IMG/VR virus record: IMGVR_UViG_3300011441_000015
Coordinates: 1 to 47,308 of that record
Length of the DNA stretch: 47,308 nt
Direction: 5' to 3' (one strand)
Source: a virus
Taxonomy: Duplodnaviria; Caudoviricetes
The stretch's first letter is position 1. Every line of letters begins with the position of its first letter. Below, piece after piece: positions 27,735 through 35,811 of this stretch. Both the position numbers and the translations under genes were made by a program. Below the pieces are notes generated by a model. It searched no databases, had not been told where the DNA came from, and was given only the letters and a program-made list of their open reading frames with translations.

Positions 27735-27995
27735 CTACGCAACCGGCTCCCACGACGTCACTTCGACCATCTTCGTGACCTGTTGAACCTCCACACAGTC
27801 CACGTCCTTCTCGTACTCCCAGGGACGCTCGTCTTGTTGCTCAGTCGCACCGACCGAGTACGTCGTCTGATAGAACTTGCCGTCGATGTTCAGCACCGCA
27901 CTGTGATGCACCGTCCAGCGGCCATGCCCAATGATCCTGTCCTCGACTGGCCCGTCTTCCAGCGCGTCAACCATCTTCTGTCGTGGAAACTTCAT
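27735..27995 (-). CDS. Hypothetical phage protein
   Basis: GAGGTG SD; GRW...DGKFY...GATEQQDERPWEY. Confidence 0.65.
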   Translation of the reverse strand: MKFPRQKMVDALEDGPVEDRIIGHGRWTVHHSAVLNIDGKFYQTTYSVGATEQQDERPWEYEKDVDCVEVQQVTKMVEVTSWEPVA

Positions 27996-28009
27996 CGCTC
28001 ACCTCTGTA

Positions 28010-28446
28010 CTCCGAGACACACGTCCGGCCTTACTCCCGTGGTAAGGAAAGGGCAGCCCTTCCACGGCCTATGGCGGCTACTCCGTGACGGTAGCCCTTG
28101 GACTCTCTCACTCTTCCAGATGCTTATCGCATCCACCACATACGCGCAGGTCGCCTGCCGGTGAGCCGTTGCCTGCTTGCTTGAGAGCCCTTCCACAGGG
28201 AGTCGGTCTAGCCTGGAGCCTCTATGTCTCCAGTGCCCGTAACGTGTGACCGCAGAGTGTTCGTGCCATTTTCGGCAAGAATGGCAAACCTAGGACGAAA
28301 CGCTTTGTGCTGGAGAAACGGTCTGGTAGGCTGTGTAGAGCCGACCTCGCTGTTGGTTCCAGCAGGCGGTGAGGCGGTTTGTGCAGGGCGTCCAAACACC
28401 TGCACAGACTGCCGCTATATTAGCCTGCCTCTGCCGCATCTGTCTA
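28010..28446. ncRNA. Structured non-coding region with convergent promoters (leader/primer RNA plus ~80-nt antisense RNA candidate)
   Basis: At least 7 stem-loops; minus promoter TAGACA-18-TAATAT (28446-28417); plus promoter TTGTGC-16-TAGGCT (28305-28332). Confidence 0.55.
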
Positions 28447-28477
28447 GTCTTTTCTCAGGCTTTCGCCTGCCTGTTCG

Positions 28478-28648
28478 CTATCTAGCCCGCAGCTCAGTCA
28501 GTTCGCGGTACGTGTCCCACTCCTCGGCAAACGCGGCCTTCAGCTTGGCCTGGTTCACGCTGTCGGCCACCTGCCACGCCTCCGCCAGCTTCTGGATGAA
28601 GCTGCCGCCGAGCATCGCCATCGTGTGGACAATCTGTTGGTCCGTCAT
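28478..28648 (-). CDS. Small phage protein
   Basis: GGSFIQKLAEAWQVADSVNQAKLKAAF. Confidence 0.65.
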   Translation of the reverse strand: MTDQQIVHTMAMLGGSFIQKLAEAWQVADSVNQAKLKAAFAEEWDTYRELTELRAR

Positions 28649-28652
28649 GGCC

Positions 28653-29048
28653 CTAGAACCCGACGTCGCTGCTGTCAACCTCGTCATCAATCGGGGGCGC
28701 TGCGGGTACCGGCTTGGCGGCGGCGCCGTTCTGCTGCGGTGCACGGACCCGCACGCAGTCCACCGTCTTGCCGCCGAACTTGGTCTTGTCGGGGAACAGC
28801 ACGATCGTGCAGCCGGCCCAGTCGTCCGTGTCCTCGCTGCCGGCAATCTCCGCGATGGAATCGGCGTTGGTCCGGTTCAGCACGAGGCCCTTGTCCTTGC
28901 CGGCGAAGCGCGCGACCAGCTTCTTTTCCTTGCCGTGGTCGCCGTTGATCTCCTCGTTGACAATGGCCTCGATGACCAGGCGGCAGGCTTTGCCCTGCAA
29001 GTCTTCCGTCTTGAGAAACGATCCGAATGCGGTCTTGTAGTTGGGCAT
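28653..29048 (-). CDS. Putative ssDNA-binding protein
   Basis: FLKTEDL...KGLVLNRTN...DTDDWAG...VRVR with acidic C-terminal tail ending in F. Confidence 0.6.
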   Translation of the reverse strand: MPNYKTAFGSFLKTEDLQGKACRLVIEAIVNEEINGDHGKEKKLVARFAGKDKGLVLNRTNADSIAEIAGSEDTDDWAGCTIVLFPDKTKFGGKTVDCVRVRAPQQNGAAAKPVPAAPPIDDEVDSSDVGF

Positions 29049-29050
29049 GA

Positions 29051-29290
29051 TTACTCCTGTCCTGTTTTGATTTTCACGATGTAGTGATACAGCAGCTTCA
29101 GCATCGTCGTGCTCTTGGTTTCCACCTTGCGCCAGTGCGGCTGGCCCATCGCGTCATTGCCTTCTCGCTGCTCCAGCGTGAACACGTCCTGCTCGCTCAC
29201 GACGTCATGCACGATCCGGAACCCCATTTCGTCAACTAGCAGCGTTGGCATCAACGTCCTCGTCAGGCCGGCACTCGTCGCAGTCCTCAT
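29051..29290 (-). CDS. Hypothetical protein
   Basis: ORF in the early operon. Confidence 0.45.
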   Translation of the reverse strand: MRTATSAGLTRTLMPTLLVDEMGFRIVHDVVSEQDVFTLEQREGNDAMGQPHWRKVETKSTTMLKLLYHYIVKIKTGQE

Positions 29291-29404
29291 CCTGCTCGCC
29301 GCGGCAGCGATGGCAGAATGACCCCTCGCCGTGTGGTGTCATACGCGTGCTACAGCACGACATCTTGTTGCCGCACGAATCACAATCGTAGGGTCTCGGC
29401 ATGG

Positions 29405-29662
29405 CTAGTCGGAGGAGTCGTAATCAGCCGAGTGCATCTGTAGCGTGCCGTCCGGCAGCACCTGATACCACTCGTGCCCCCACGGGGCCGTCTTGTCGTC
29501 AGGTACCTCCAGCTCCAGCCAGGCCGGCCGGTGATACGGCACGCACGACGGAAAGTTAAACAGGAACTCGACGTCCCGCTGGGCAAACTCTTCGAGCGTC
29601 TTGACCTTGGAGCGGCCAGACAGGTTGCCGGCATAGCCTTGTGGAATCTGGAGAATGGTCAT
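29405..29662 (-). CDS. Hypothetical protein
   Basis: ATGA coupling. Confidence 0.5.
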   Translation of the reverse strand: MTILQIPQGYAGNLSGRSKVKTLEEFAQRDVEFLFNFPSCVPYHRPAWLELEVPDDKTAPWGHEWYQVLPDGTLQMHSADYDSSD

Positions 29663-29877
29663 CGCTGCTCCCGCTTGACGCCTGCGAGGTACGCCGCAAT
29701 CACGCGCTCGCTGCCCAACTCGCTATCGGTGGGGCAGATGTGCAGCCAGCCATCCGGCAGCTCGTTCAGAAAGTCGATGTATTCCTGCCGCGCAAGGTGC
29801 AGGCCCATCTTGTGCCCGACTGGCAGGCCGTTGGCGTCGAGCCGGAGCGGCGGCAGCGTGGGCCAGCGGCTACCCAC
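29659..29877 (-). CDS. Hypothetical protein
   Basis: Coupled ORF. Confidence 0.45.
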   Translation of the reverse strand: MGSRWPTLPPLRLDANGLPVGHKMGLHLARQEYIDFLNELPDGWLHICPTDSELGSERVIAAYLAGVKREQR

Positions 29878-30046
29878 GGCGCACCGCGTCCATGTCGGTC
29901 GCCTGCTGCCGGGGCAGCTTCAGCCGGGCCTGCGTCCACCAGGTCAAGATGGTGTCGAAGCCGCGCCGCCGCAGCAGTTCGTCAAACGCGACCTGATCAA
30001 TCGCGTACTGGGCCTCGGCTTTCGTGAGCAGTGTAGGTTCTGACAT
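29870..30046 (-). CDS. Hypothetical protein
   Basis: MSEPTLLTK with GGGAG SD. Confidence 0.5.
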   Translation of the reverse strand: MSEPTLLTKAEAQYAIDQVAFDELLRRRGFDTILTWWTQARLKLPRQQATDMDAVRRG

Positions 30047-30048
30047 GA

Positions 30049-30288
30049 TTAGCTCCCTGCGAGAAAGGACATGTTCGTCAGCCGCTTGCCCACTTCGCCG
30101 TCCTTCATCTTCAGTTCCACGGGGGCATCGTCCAGCACGATCACCGCCGCTGTCCGCTTCTGGTTCCCGCGATTGGTCTGCCGCCAGCCGGTTTCGTGTG
30201 CCTGCAAGACGCGCCCGGCGCGTTGCGCGAACGTGTCCAGCACTTGGTCGAGTGATTGCGCGTGTCCCCTGTCGTAAGACTTGTCCAT
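30049..30288 (-). CDS. Hypothetical protein
   Basis: MDKSYDRG with AGGAGG SD. Confidence 0.55.
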   Translation of the reverse strand: MDKSYDRGHAQSLDQVLDTFAQRAGRVLQAHETGWRQTNRGNQKRTAAVIVLDDAPVELKMKDGEVGKRLTNMSFLAGS

Positions 30289-30482
30289 CGCAGTCCTCCT
30301 GAGCAAACTGCGCGATCGGCTCCGGTGCGGTGTTCTGATGCTCATGTGAGCCCGCCCGGCAGCGGTATGCTGTGACGCCTTCAGTGCATCCAGCCGATCG
30401 CGCAGAACCGTTACAAGTCCATGCACATCGCCACGAGTAGCCCGTAAACGAGGCACGCGAGCGCCAGCAGCAGGGGCGACAG

Positions 30483-30704
30483 TCACTTCTCGCGCTCGGC
30501 CAGCATGGCGTCGGCGTATCTGTAAGCCAACGCGGGCACGTTACGCAGCGCATGATCCGCCGCACAGCCGTTGCCGTTTGCCGTGAGATATGCCGCGATC
30601 ACTGACGGCAGCGCCTTGGCCGCGAAGTAATCGCGCAGGGACATGCCAGCGCGCAGTGTCTCGTTCTCCGCGGGGAACGCTGGACCGCCGTTGCTCTGTG
30701 CCAT
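30483..30704 (-). CDS. Conserved phage protein (GGPAFP...GMSLRDYFAAKA family)
   Basis: Motif present verbatim. Confidence 0.75.
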   Translation of the reverse strand: MAQSNGGPAFPAENETLRAGMSLRDYFAAKALPSVIAAYLTANGNGCAADHALRNVPALAYRYADAMLAEREK

Positions 30705-30851
30705 GTCAGAACCTGTTGACCTTGCCCGATTTGTACAGCCGGTTCAACAGCACCTCGCGGCGCCGGTCGCGCTCGATCTTCTGGTTCAGCGCCATCATCC
30801 AGTAGGCCAGCCCGATCAGGCTGAGGCAGCAGAGCGCTAGCAGCGGCGGGT

Positions 30852-31037
30852 TCACAGCAGCCACCACGCGCCATAGCCGACGAGCACCACATAGTCGATC
30901 GCCCGAGGACCACGGCAGGGACCGCCACTCCGGCAGTCCATGCCAAACCGCACCGCGATATATGCCGGAGCTAACAACGCGCCCGCTATGGCCAGCGCCA
31001 AGGTCACAGCAGCCACCACGCGCCATACCCGACGAGC
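30852..31037. repeat. 34-bp direct repeat (30852-30885 and 31004-31037; 1 mismatch)
   Basis: TCACAGCAGCCACCACGCGCCATA(G/C)CCGACGAGC. Confidence 0.9.
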
Positions 31038-31143
31038 GCCACCGCCAGGACCGCCAGGACCGTCAGCACGCCCGCCAGCATCTGGAGTGCGTGATCCGCC
31101 GACTCTTGCTCCGCCTGCATCGCCATCTGGAACTCCGTGGTGG

Positions 31144-31380
31144 TCATGACGCTTTCCGGCCTTTCTGGGGCTGAACCGTAGCAGTTGCCAGCCAGGACTG
31201 CGGCGGGATGCCGGTCGCGTCCTGAATCCGGACACTCAGCCGGAGTCCGGGTAGTTGGTTCCCCTTCAGCAGATTGCAGATATCCGCCCGCGTAATCTGT
31301 AGCAGTTCCGCGACTTGATACTGTTTCATGCCGCTCCGCACCACCCACGCGGCCAGTTGTGCTTGCCCCTTGTTCATCAC
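31144..31380 (-). CDS. Cro-like XRE HTH regulator
   Basis: MKQYQVAELLQITRADICNLLKGNQLPG; divergent from the repressor. Confidence 0.8.
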   Translation of the reverse strand: MMNKGQAQLAAWVVRSGMKQYQVAELLQITRADICNLLKGNQLPGLRLSVRIQDATGIPPQSWLATATVQPQKGRKAS

Positions 31381-31386
31381 GAGACG

Positions 31387-31415
31387 AGATTACCGCTGCG
31401 GACAATGGCTGTCAA
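31387..31415 (-). promoter_or_regulatory. Early leftward sigma70 promoter
   Basis: TTGACA-17-TAATCT ending 6 nt before the cro start. Confidence 0.7.
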
Positions 31416-31480
31416 GCGTTTTGTTGACCTGAGACAAATAAATTATCGCGGCGGGTAAGAAAGTGTGGCAGGATGGGTGC

Positions 31481-31780
31481 ATGATGACTCCCGACGCGAC
31501 CCTCGTGCAGAACATTCGCGCGTTGCTTGATGCTCGTCGCATTCAGGATCAGGCCCTCGCGCACTACTGCGGCCACCAATCGCCGTGGCTGTCGAAAATC
31601 CTCCGACATGGCCGTGGCGTGACCATCCATGACATCGGGAAGATTGCGGCCTTCTTCAACGTGTCCGTGTCGGACCTCTTCCGGCCGCAGCTCGCGATTG
31701 AGCTGTACGAGCGCCGGCGGGAGGACCGCCGCGCCAGTGACCGCCGCGCGGTGCAGCAGGACGCGATGAGGACCGGGTAA
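31481..31780 (+). CDS. CI-like XRE HTH repressor, no S24 peptidase domain
   Basis: DQALAHYCGHQSPWLSKILRHGRGVTIHDIGKIAAFFNVSVSDLF. Confidence 0.8.
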   Translation: MMTPDATLVQNIRALLDARRIQDQALAHYCGHQSPWLSKILRHGRGVTIHDIGKIAAFFNVSVSDLFRPQLAIELYERRREDRRASDRRAVQQDAMRTG

Positions 31781-31830
31781 GCCTGTTCATTAATAAGGGA
31801 CTTATATACATGACTCCCTCGCACGGTGAA

Positions 31831-32040
31831 TCAGCCTCCATTCCGTTCCGCGCAACGGCATGGCGTGTAGCCGTGGCTGGTCAGCTCGGATTCACATTGC
31901 TCGTCATGTGGCGGTTCGCAATCGATACAGCCGGGACACCCTTCACCGACATATGCGCCGCCGTCCCAGTACGACACAAGACCAGTGCCGCCGCAGCGTT
32001 CCTCGCTCTCGCCCTTAGATCCGTCGTGTGTCAGATCCAC
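31831..32040 (-). CDS. IS passenger: Cys-rich protein
   Basis: AAGGAG SD; CGG, CPGC and CRC motifs. Confidence 0.5.
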   Translation of the reverse strand: MDLTHDGSKGESEERCGGTGLVSYWDGGAYVGEGCPGCIDCEPPHDEQCESELTSHGYTPCRCAERNGG

Positions 32041-32041
32041 G

Positions 32042-32269
32042 TCACTTCTCCTTCGCGCGTGTTTTCTCAAGGATGGTCTTTCGGCGCTTTCGCTGAACCG
32101 CTGGCTTGCTCCGCGCCTTTGGCCGGTACTTCAGGACGATGTCCGCAATGGCGTCCAGCGCCTTGGGGCTTTCCAGCGGTTCTATACCTTTGCCTTTGCA
32201 CAAGAGCGCGCCCTCGGGTGTGGCGTGATCGTGTCCGTGCCTGCATCGCCGTTCTCGTCGGCTTGTCAT
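32042..32269 (-). CDS. IS passenger: basic protein
   Basis: PKALDAIADIVLKYRPK; coupled ORF. Confidence 0.55.
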   Translation of the reverse strand: MTSRRERRCRHGHDHATPEGALLCKGKGIEPLESPKALDAIADIVLKYRPKARSKPAVQRKRRKTILEKTRAKEK

Positions 32270-32613
32270 CGGTCCTCCGATCTGGCGATGATGGCGTCCA
32301 GACTCTCAATGCCTCGGGCCAGCGTCATCTCGTGTTCGGTCAGCGTGGCCGAGTAGCCCTGTCCAGGTATCTGTCCAGCGTGCTTCTGGCATCCAACAAG
32401 GAGATCCCGTGCGGCTTTCAACGCGGCCAACAGCTCGTCGCGTTGCGCCTTCAGATCAAAGGCTTTGACGCCAAGACCTTGCGCAACTTCCTGCCACCAG
32501 TCACGGCTATCAGGAGTAGGCTTCTGTCGGTGCTCCGCAACGAGCTGGTGGAGCGGAGACCATTCCGCGACCTCGGTAAACGCCAATCGTTCAAGCTGTT
32601 CTGGTGTCGGCAT
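32266..32613 (-). CDS. IS passenger: phage-like hypothetical protein
   Basis: QRDELLAALK motif. Confidence 0.6.
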   Translation of the reverse strand: MPTPEQLERLAFTEVAEWSPLHQLVAEHRQKPTPDSRDWWQEVAQGLGVKAFDLKAQRDELLAALKAARDLLVGCQKHAGQIPGQGYSATLTEHEMTLARGIESLDAIIARSEDR

Positions 32614-33561
32614 CTAGTTACCCTCTGGTTTGGCGATCAGATCCGAGTAGGTCAGCCGCTTCTGCGCCATGCCGTCCACGAACGAATCGAGACGGGCCAT
32701 CGTCGGCCGTTCCACGTTGCCGTCGTTCAACCGGAACGCGAACTCGTCCACGTAGCGGCCGGTGTGTTTCGGCGTGATGTGGTGATAGACGCCGATGATC
32801 CCGCGCTTCAGGACCGCGAAGGCGCTCTCCACACTGTTCGTGGTGACGTCCTTCCGGCGGTACTGGCGCAGCCCGTGGTTGATGGCATCGTGCCGGTAGA
32901 ACAGCCCGTCAAGGTCCGCGTAGACTGGCGCTTCGTCGGTGTGCAGATGCGAGCCGAGTTCGATGTTGCTGTAGATGGCGTGCCGAATCGCCTCCGTGGT
33001 CGGATTCTCCATCGTCATCGCCTTCAGCCGTCCGCCGCGTTCGCGCATGCCGAGCACGGGCGTTTTGCCGACTGGCCCACGCCCGAGATTCAGCTTTTTG
33101 TCCTTGTGCTTGTTCCGCTCCTTGCCGCCGATGTACGTCTCGTCAATTTCCACGATGCCCTGAAGTTTCTTCAGGTCTTTGCCACAGGCTTCGCGCAGCC
33201 GGTGGAGCAGGAACCATGCCGACTTCTGCGTGACACCGATCTGCTTCGACAACTGCAACGAGCTGATGCCCTTGCGCGCCGTGACGAGCAGATACATCGC
33301 GTAGAGCCACTTGTGGAGCGGGATGTGGCTGCGCTCCATCACGGTGCCGGTGCGAACGGTGAAGTCCTCCGCGCACTGGTTGCAGCGGTAGTAGCCGCCC
33401 TTGCGAGACGTGATGCGCTCGCCCAGGCCGCACACCGGACAGACCGGGCCGTTGGGCCACAGACGGCTTTCGAGGTAGAGCCGAGCGGATTCCTTGTCGG
33501 GGAACCGTTCGAACAGGTCGAACGTGCTGATCGCGGACTTCGTCGGGTTGGCTTTCGGCAT
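32614..33561 (-). CDS. IS1595-family DDE transposase
   Basis: Zn ribbon CPVC/CNQC; VEIDETYIGG; HTDE; TNSVESAF; YVDEFAFR. Confidence 0.95.
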   Translation of the reverse strand: MPKANPTKSAISTFDLFERFPDKESARLYLESRLWPNGPVCPVCGLGERITSRKGGYYRCNQCAEDFTVRTGTVMERSHIPLHKWLYAMYLLVTARKGISSLQLSKQIGVTQKSAWFLLHRLREACGKDLKKLQGIVEIDETYIGGKERNKHKDKKLNLGRGPVGKTPVLGMRERGGRLKAMTMENPTTEAIRHAIYSNIELGSHLHTDEAPVYADLDGLFYRHDAINHGLRQYRRKDVTTNSVESAFAVLKRGIIGVYHHITPKHTGRYVDEFAFRLNDGNVERPTMARLDSFVDGMAQKRLTYSDLIAKPEGN

Positions 33562-33565
33562 CGGC

Positions 33566-33793
33566 CTACGACCTCCCCAGGGAGACGACCTCGCCATACA
33601 GCCGCGTTCCCTTTGGTCCACGATACTCGGCTACGTGATACGTCGCGCCACGGCCGTTCGTCTTCCGCAGGAACAGAAAGCGAGTCTTACCATGCTGCCG
33701 CATAACCTTGGCCTGGAACGGCGAGACATCCTCGCGGCCCAACGCCTTGGTGATTTCGTAGGTCACGCCGTTGACGACAATCACGTTATCCAT
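33566..33793 (-). CDS. IS passenger: hypothetical protein
   Basis: MDNVIVVNG; promoter TTGACT-17-TAGAAT (33829-33801) ends 7 nt upstream. Confidence 0.6.
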   Translation of the reverse strand: MDNVIVVNGVTYEITKALGREDVSPFQAKVMRQHGKTRFLFLRKTNGRGATYHVAEYRGPKGTRLYGEVVSLGRS

Positions 33794-33860
33794 GAACAGG
33801 ATTCTACACCCAATCGTCAAGGGAGTCAAGTATATAGTTCCCATTAATAATGAACAGCGG

Positions 33861-34724
33861 CTATGTCTGACTGTGGTCGAACATGGGTACGCCCGGCGCC
33901 ACGACGAGCTGATTCGTGATGCGCGAGCAGTTGTTCAGCGCCCACAGGCCCAGGTTCGCGGTCGCCCCGACCTGTCCTGACAGCAGCACGTCCTGGCACC
34001 CGTCGAGCACATACCCGCCGAGGAAGGCGTGTGGCTGCGTGCGCCAGATGCGGTTGTTGGACAGGACGGCTTCGGTGCAGCCTTCTGCGAGGTAGACGCC
34101 CCACGCCTGTGCGTCTGGTTGCACGACGTAGAAGTCGCAATCCGTGACGTGGATGCCGGTCCATTTCGTGGCAAAGACACCCGCCCGCGTGGCGGGGATA
34201 TGGACGTCACGCACCCACAGGTTGGGCGTCGGCCAGCCACCCGATCCAAACCCCTTGGCGCGCACGCCGACGTGGCAGTGCATCAGGAACCCGCCGGTGA
34301 CGTGCAGCCCTTCGCCGTGGCCCTGCATGTCGTAGTCCTCGACCTGAATCGCGGTCTTCGTGCAGGTGATGCGCGGGTTGGTGATATGCACGTCCATGCT
34401 GCCGCACAGGTCGATCCCGACTTGCATCGTGGCGTGCTCGAGCTGCGCGTGGGTCTGCTCGTGCATGACGCCAGTGACGAACACGTTATTGAGCGTGGCG
34501 TTCCAGCAGTTCTTGAGCCGGATGCCGGTCGTGAACGGGCCTCGCACGGACACGTTGTCCAGCAGCACAGACGGCCAGATAACCGAGGGGCATTCAGGGA
34601 AGACGATCTCAATGCCGCAGTCCTGTGACGTGTGCGTTGCCACGATCATGTCACGGAGCACGATTGGCTCCCGAAAGCTGGGATCGCCTTCGATGCGAAG
34701 CGGTCCATAGTGGTTCTGCATCAC
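33861..34724 (-). CDS. Beta-helix (pectin-lyase-like) protein
   Basis: Repeated GIRLKNCWNATLNNV / GVYLAEGCTEAVLSNNRI coils. Confidence 0.65.
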   Translation of the reverse strand: MMQNHYGPLRIEGDPSFREPIVLRDMIVATHTSQDCGIEIVFPECPSVIWPSVLLDNVSVRGPFTTGIRLKNCWNATLNNVFVTGVMHEQTHAQLEHATMQVGIDLCGSMDVHITNPRITCTKTAIQVEDYDMQGHGEGLHVTGGFLMHCHVGVRAKGFGSGGWPTPNLWVRDVHIPATRAGVFATKWTGIHVTDCDFYVVQPDAQAWGVYLAEGCTEAVLSNNRIWRTQPHAFLGGYVLDGCQDVLLSGQVGATANLGLWALNNCSRITNQLVVAPGVPMFDHSQT

Positions 34725-34725
34725 C

Positions 34726-35016
34726 TCACCTCACGTACCGGCCGGCTAAACGTCGGTGCTCCCGCCGCAGGAGCAGCCAGTGCATCCAGACGGAGCCCGC
34801 CACGGTGAAGCAAACGTAGAACGGCGCGATGATCAGGAGGCTCACGCCCTCGGCCACCTTCGACACCGCCAGCGTCAGGCTCACGATCCAGACGCCATTG
34901 CTGAACGACGAGGCGATGGCGTTCTCACGGAGCCGATCCGAGTTACGGACACGCATGGTCCACGTCTGGCTGGCTTGCTGGAGCACCAGCAGCACCGCCC
35001 AGATCACCCAGCTCAC
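34726..35016 (-). CDS. Small multi-TM membrane protein
   Basis: Three hydrophobic segments. Confidence 0.6.
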   Translation of the reverse strand: MSWVIWAVLLVLQQASQTWTMRVRNSDRLRENAIASSFSNGVWIVSLTLAVSKVAEGVSLLIIAPFYVCFTVAGSVWMHWLLLRREHRRLAGRYVR

Positions 35017-35306
35017 TGGCTATCCAGCCAGATCAACATGCCCGTGTTGCAGCGGATGGCCGCCAGATGATCCTCGCTCCGGTCGCCGTCCGCGTAGCGC
35101 AGGGCATGTTCGATCAGGTGGTTGATGCGGTCGCGCCTGAAGGCGGGATCGGATGCGCCCTGCTGGTAGTTGTTCTCGCCATGTTTCCTGGCGCCCTCGG
35201 CCATGCGCACCGCTTCGCGCCGCTGAGCCTCGAGCGGGATCAGGTCATAGCGGGGCTTTTCTTCGCTGCTTTTGGCCCCGCTGGCAAACACTGCCGATGT
35301 CTCCAT
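35013..35306 (-). CDS. dATP/dGTP diphosphohydrolase domain protein (DUF5664-like)
   Basis: KPRYDLIP...GARKHGENNY...HALRY...EDHLAAIRCN. Confidence 0.8.
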   Translation of the reverse strand: METSAVFASGAKSSEEKPRYDLIPLEAQRREAVRMAEGARKHGENNYQQGASDPAFRRDRINHLIEHALRYADGDRSEDHLAAIRCNTGMLIWLDSQ

Positions 35307-35481
35307 GCCGCTCCTGTGCGGTGAATAGCCGCCCGAATCTCCGCTTACTTCTTCCGTGCCAGCCGATAGGCTGCCACGGCCAGGCCCGCGACAATCGTGC
35401 CCTGCACGAGTGCCTGAAACGCCCACAGCAGCACGAGGCGCATGGCCTGGTCAGCCATGATCAGTGTTGGATCACCCTGCA

Positions 35482-35811
35482 TTAGTCTCTCCTTCGACTC
35501 TTGTGCTTCTTGGCGATGCGGGTGTACTCAGTGTACACCTGTTGAATCTGTTCGTCTGACATGCGGCGCAGAATCCACGTCGTCGTACGCCGGACATACG
35601 CCTCGGACCAGTGCGGCGCGATGCGGTGCAGACACTCGTGGATGACGGTATCGACCGTCCCGATCGCTGGATTAATGCGGATCACATGTCCATCGGTCTC
35701 GCCGTGGACAAAGCAGTCCCGGTCTGCGATCCAGCCCTCGGTGATGCGGCCGGCGCCCAGCTCCGTCAGGACACGCACGAGTAACGCCGGGCGTTCCACC
35801 TTGCGACTCAT
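35482..35811 (-). CDS. HExxH metallopeptidase-like protein
   Basis: IRINP...DTVIHECLH...WSE. Confidence 0.6.
   Translation of the reverse strand: MSRKVERPALLVRVLTELGAGRITEGWIADRDCFVHGETDGHVIRINPAIGTVDTVIHECLHRIAPHWSEAYVRRTTTWILRRMSDEQIQQVYTEYTRIAKKHKSRRRD

Larger units (their letters stand above)
31797..33842 (-). mobile_element. IS1595-family element with passenger genes (2046 bp)
   Basis: 22-bp TIRs at 31797-31818 and 33821-33842 (3 mismatches); 8-bp TSD ATTAATAA at 31789-31796 and 33843-33850. Confidence 0.92.

Noticed and set aside
30852-31037. 34-bp repeat as a mini-CRISPR or att pair
   Set aside because: Only two copies, the 118-bp spacer is too long, both copies are coding, and there is no cas or integrase gene
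31810-33705. 631-aa plus-strand ORF
   Set aside because: Antisense shadow of the IS1595 transposase and passenger genes
31797-33842. Transposase acting as the phage integrase (Mu-like)
   Set aside because: TIRs and TSD bound only 2 kb, so it is a self-contained insertion
35013-35306. Z-genome (2-aminoadenine) pathway
   Set aside because: No PurZ or phage DNA polymerase recognised
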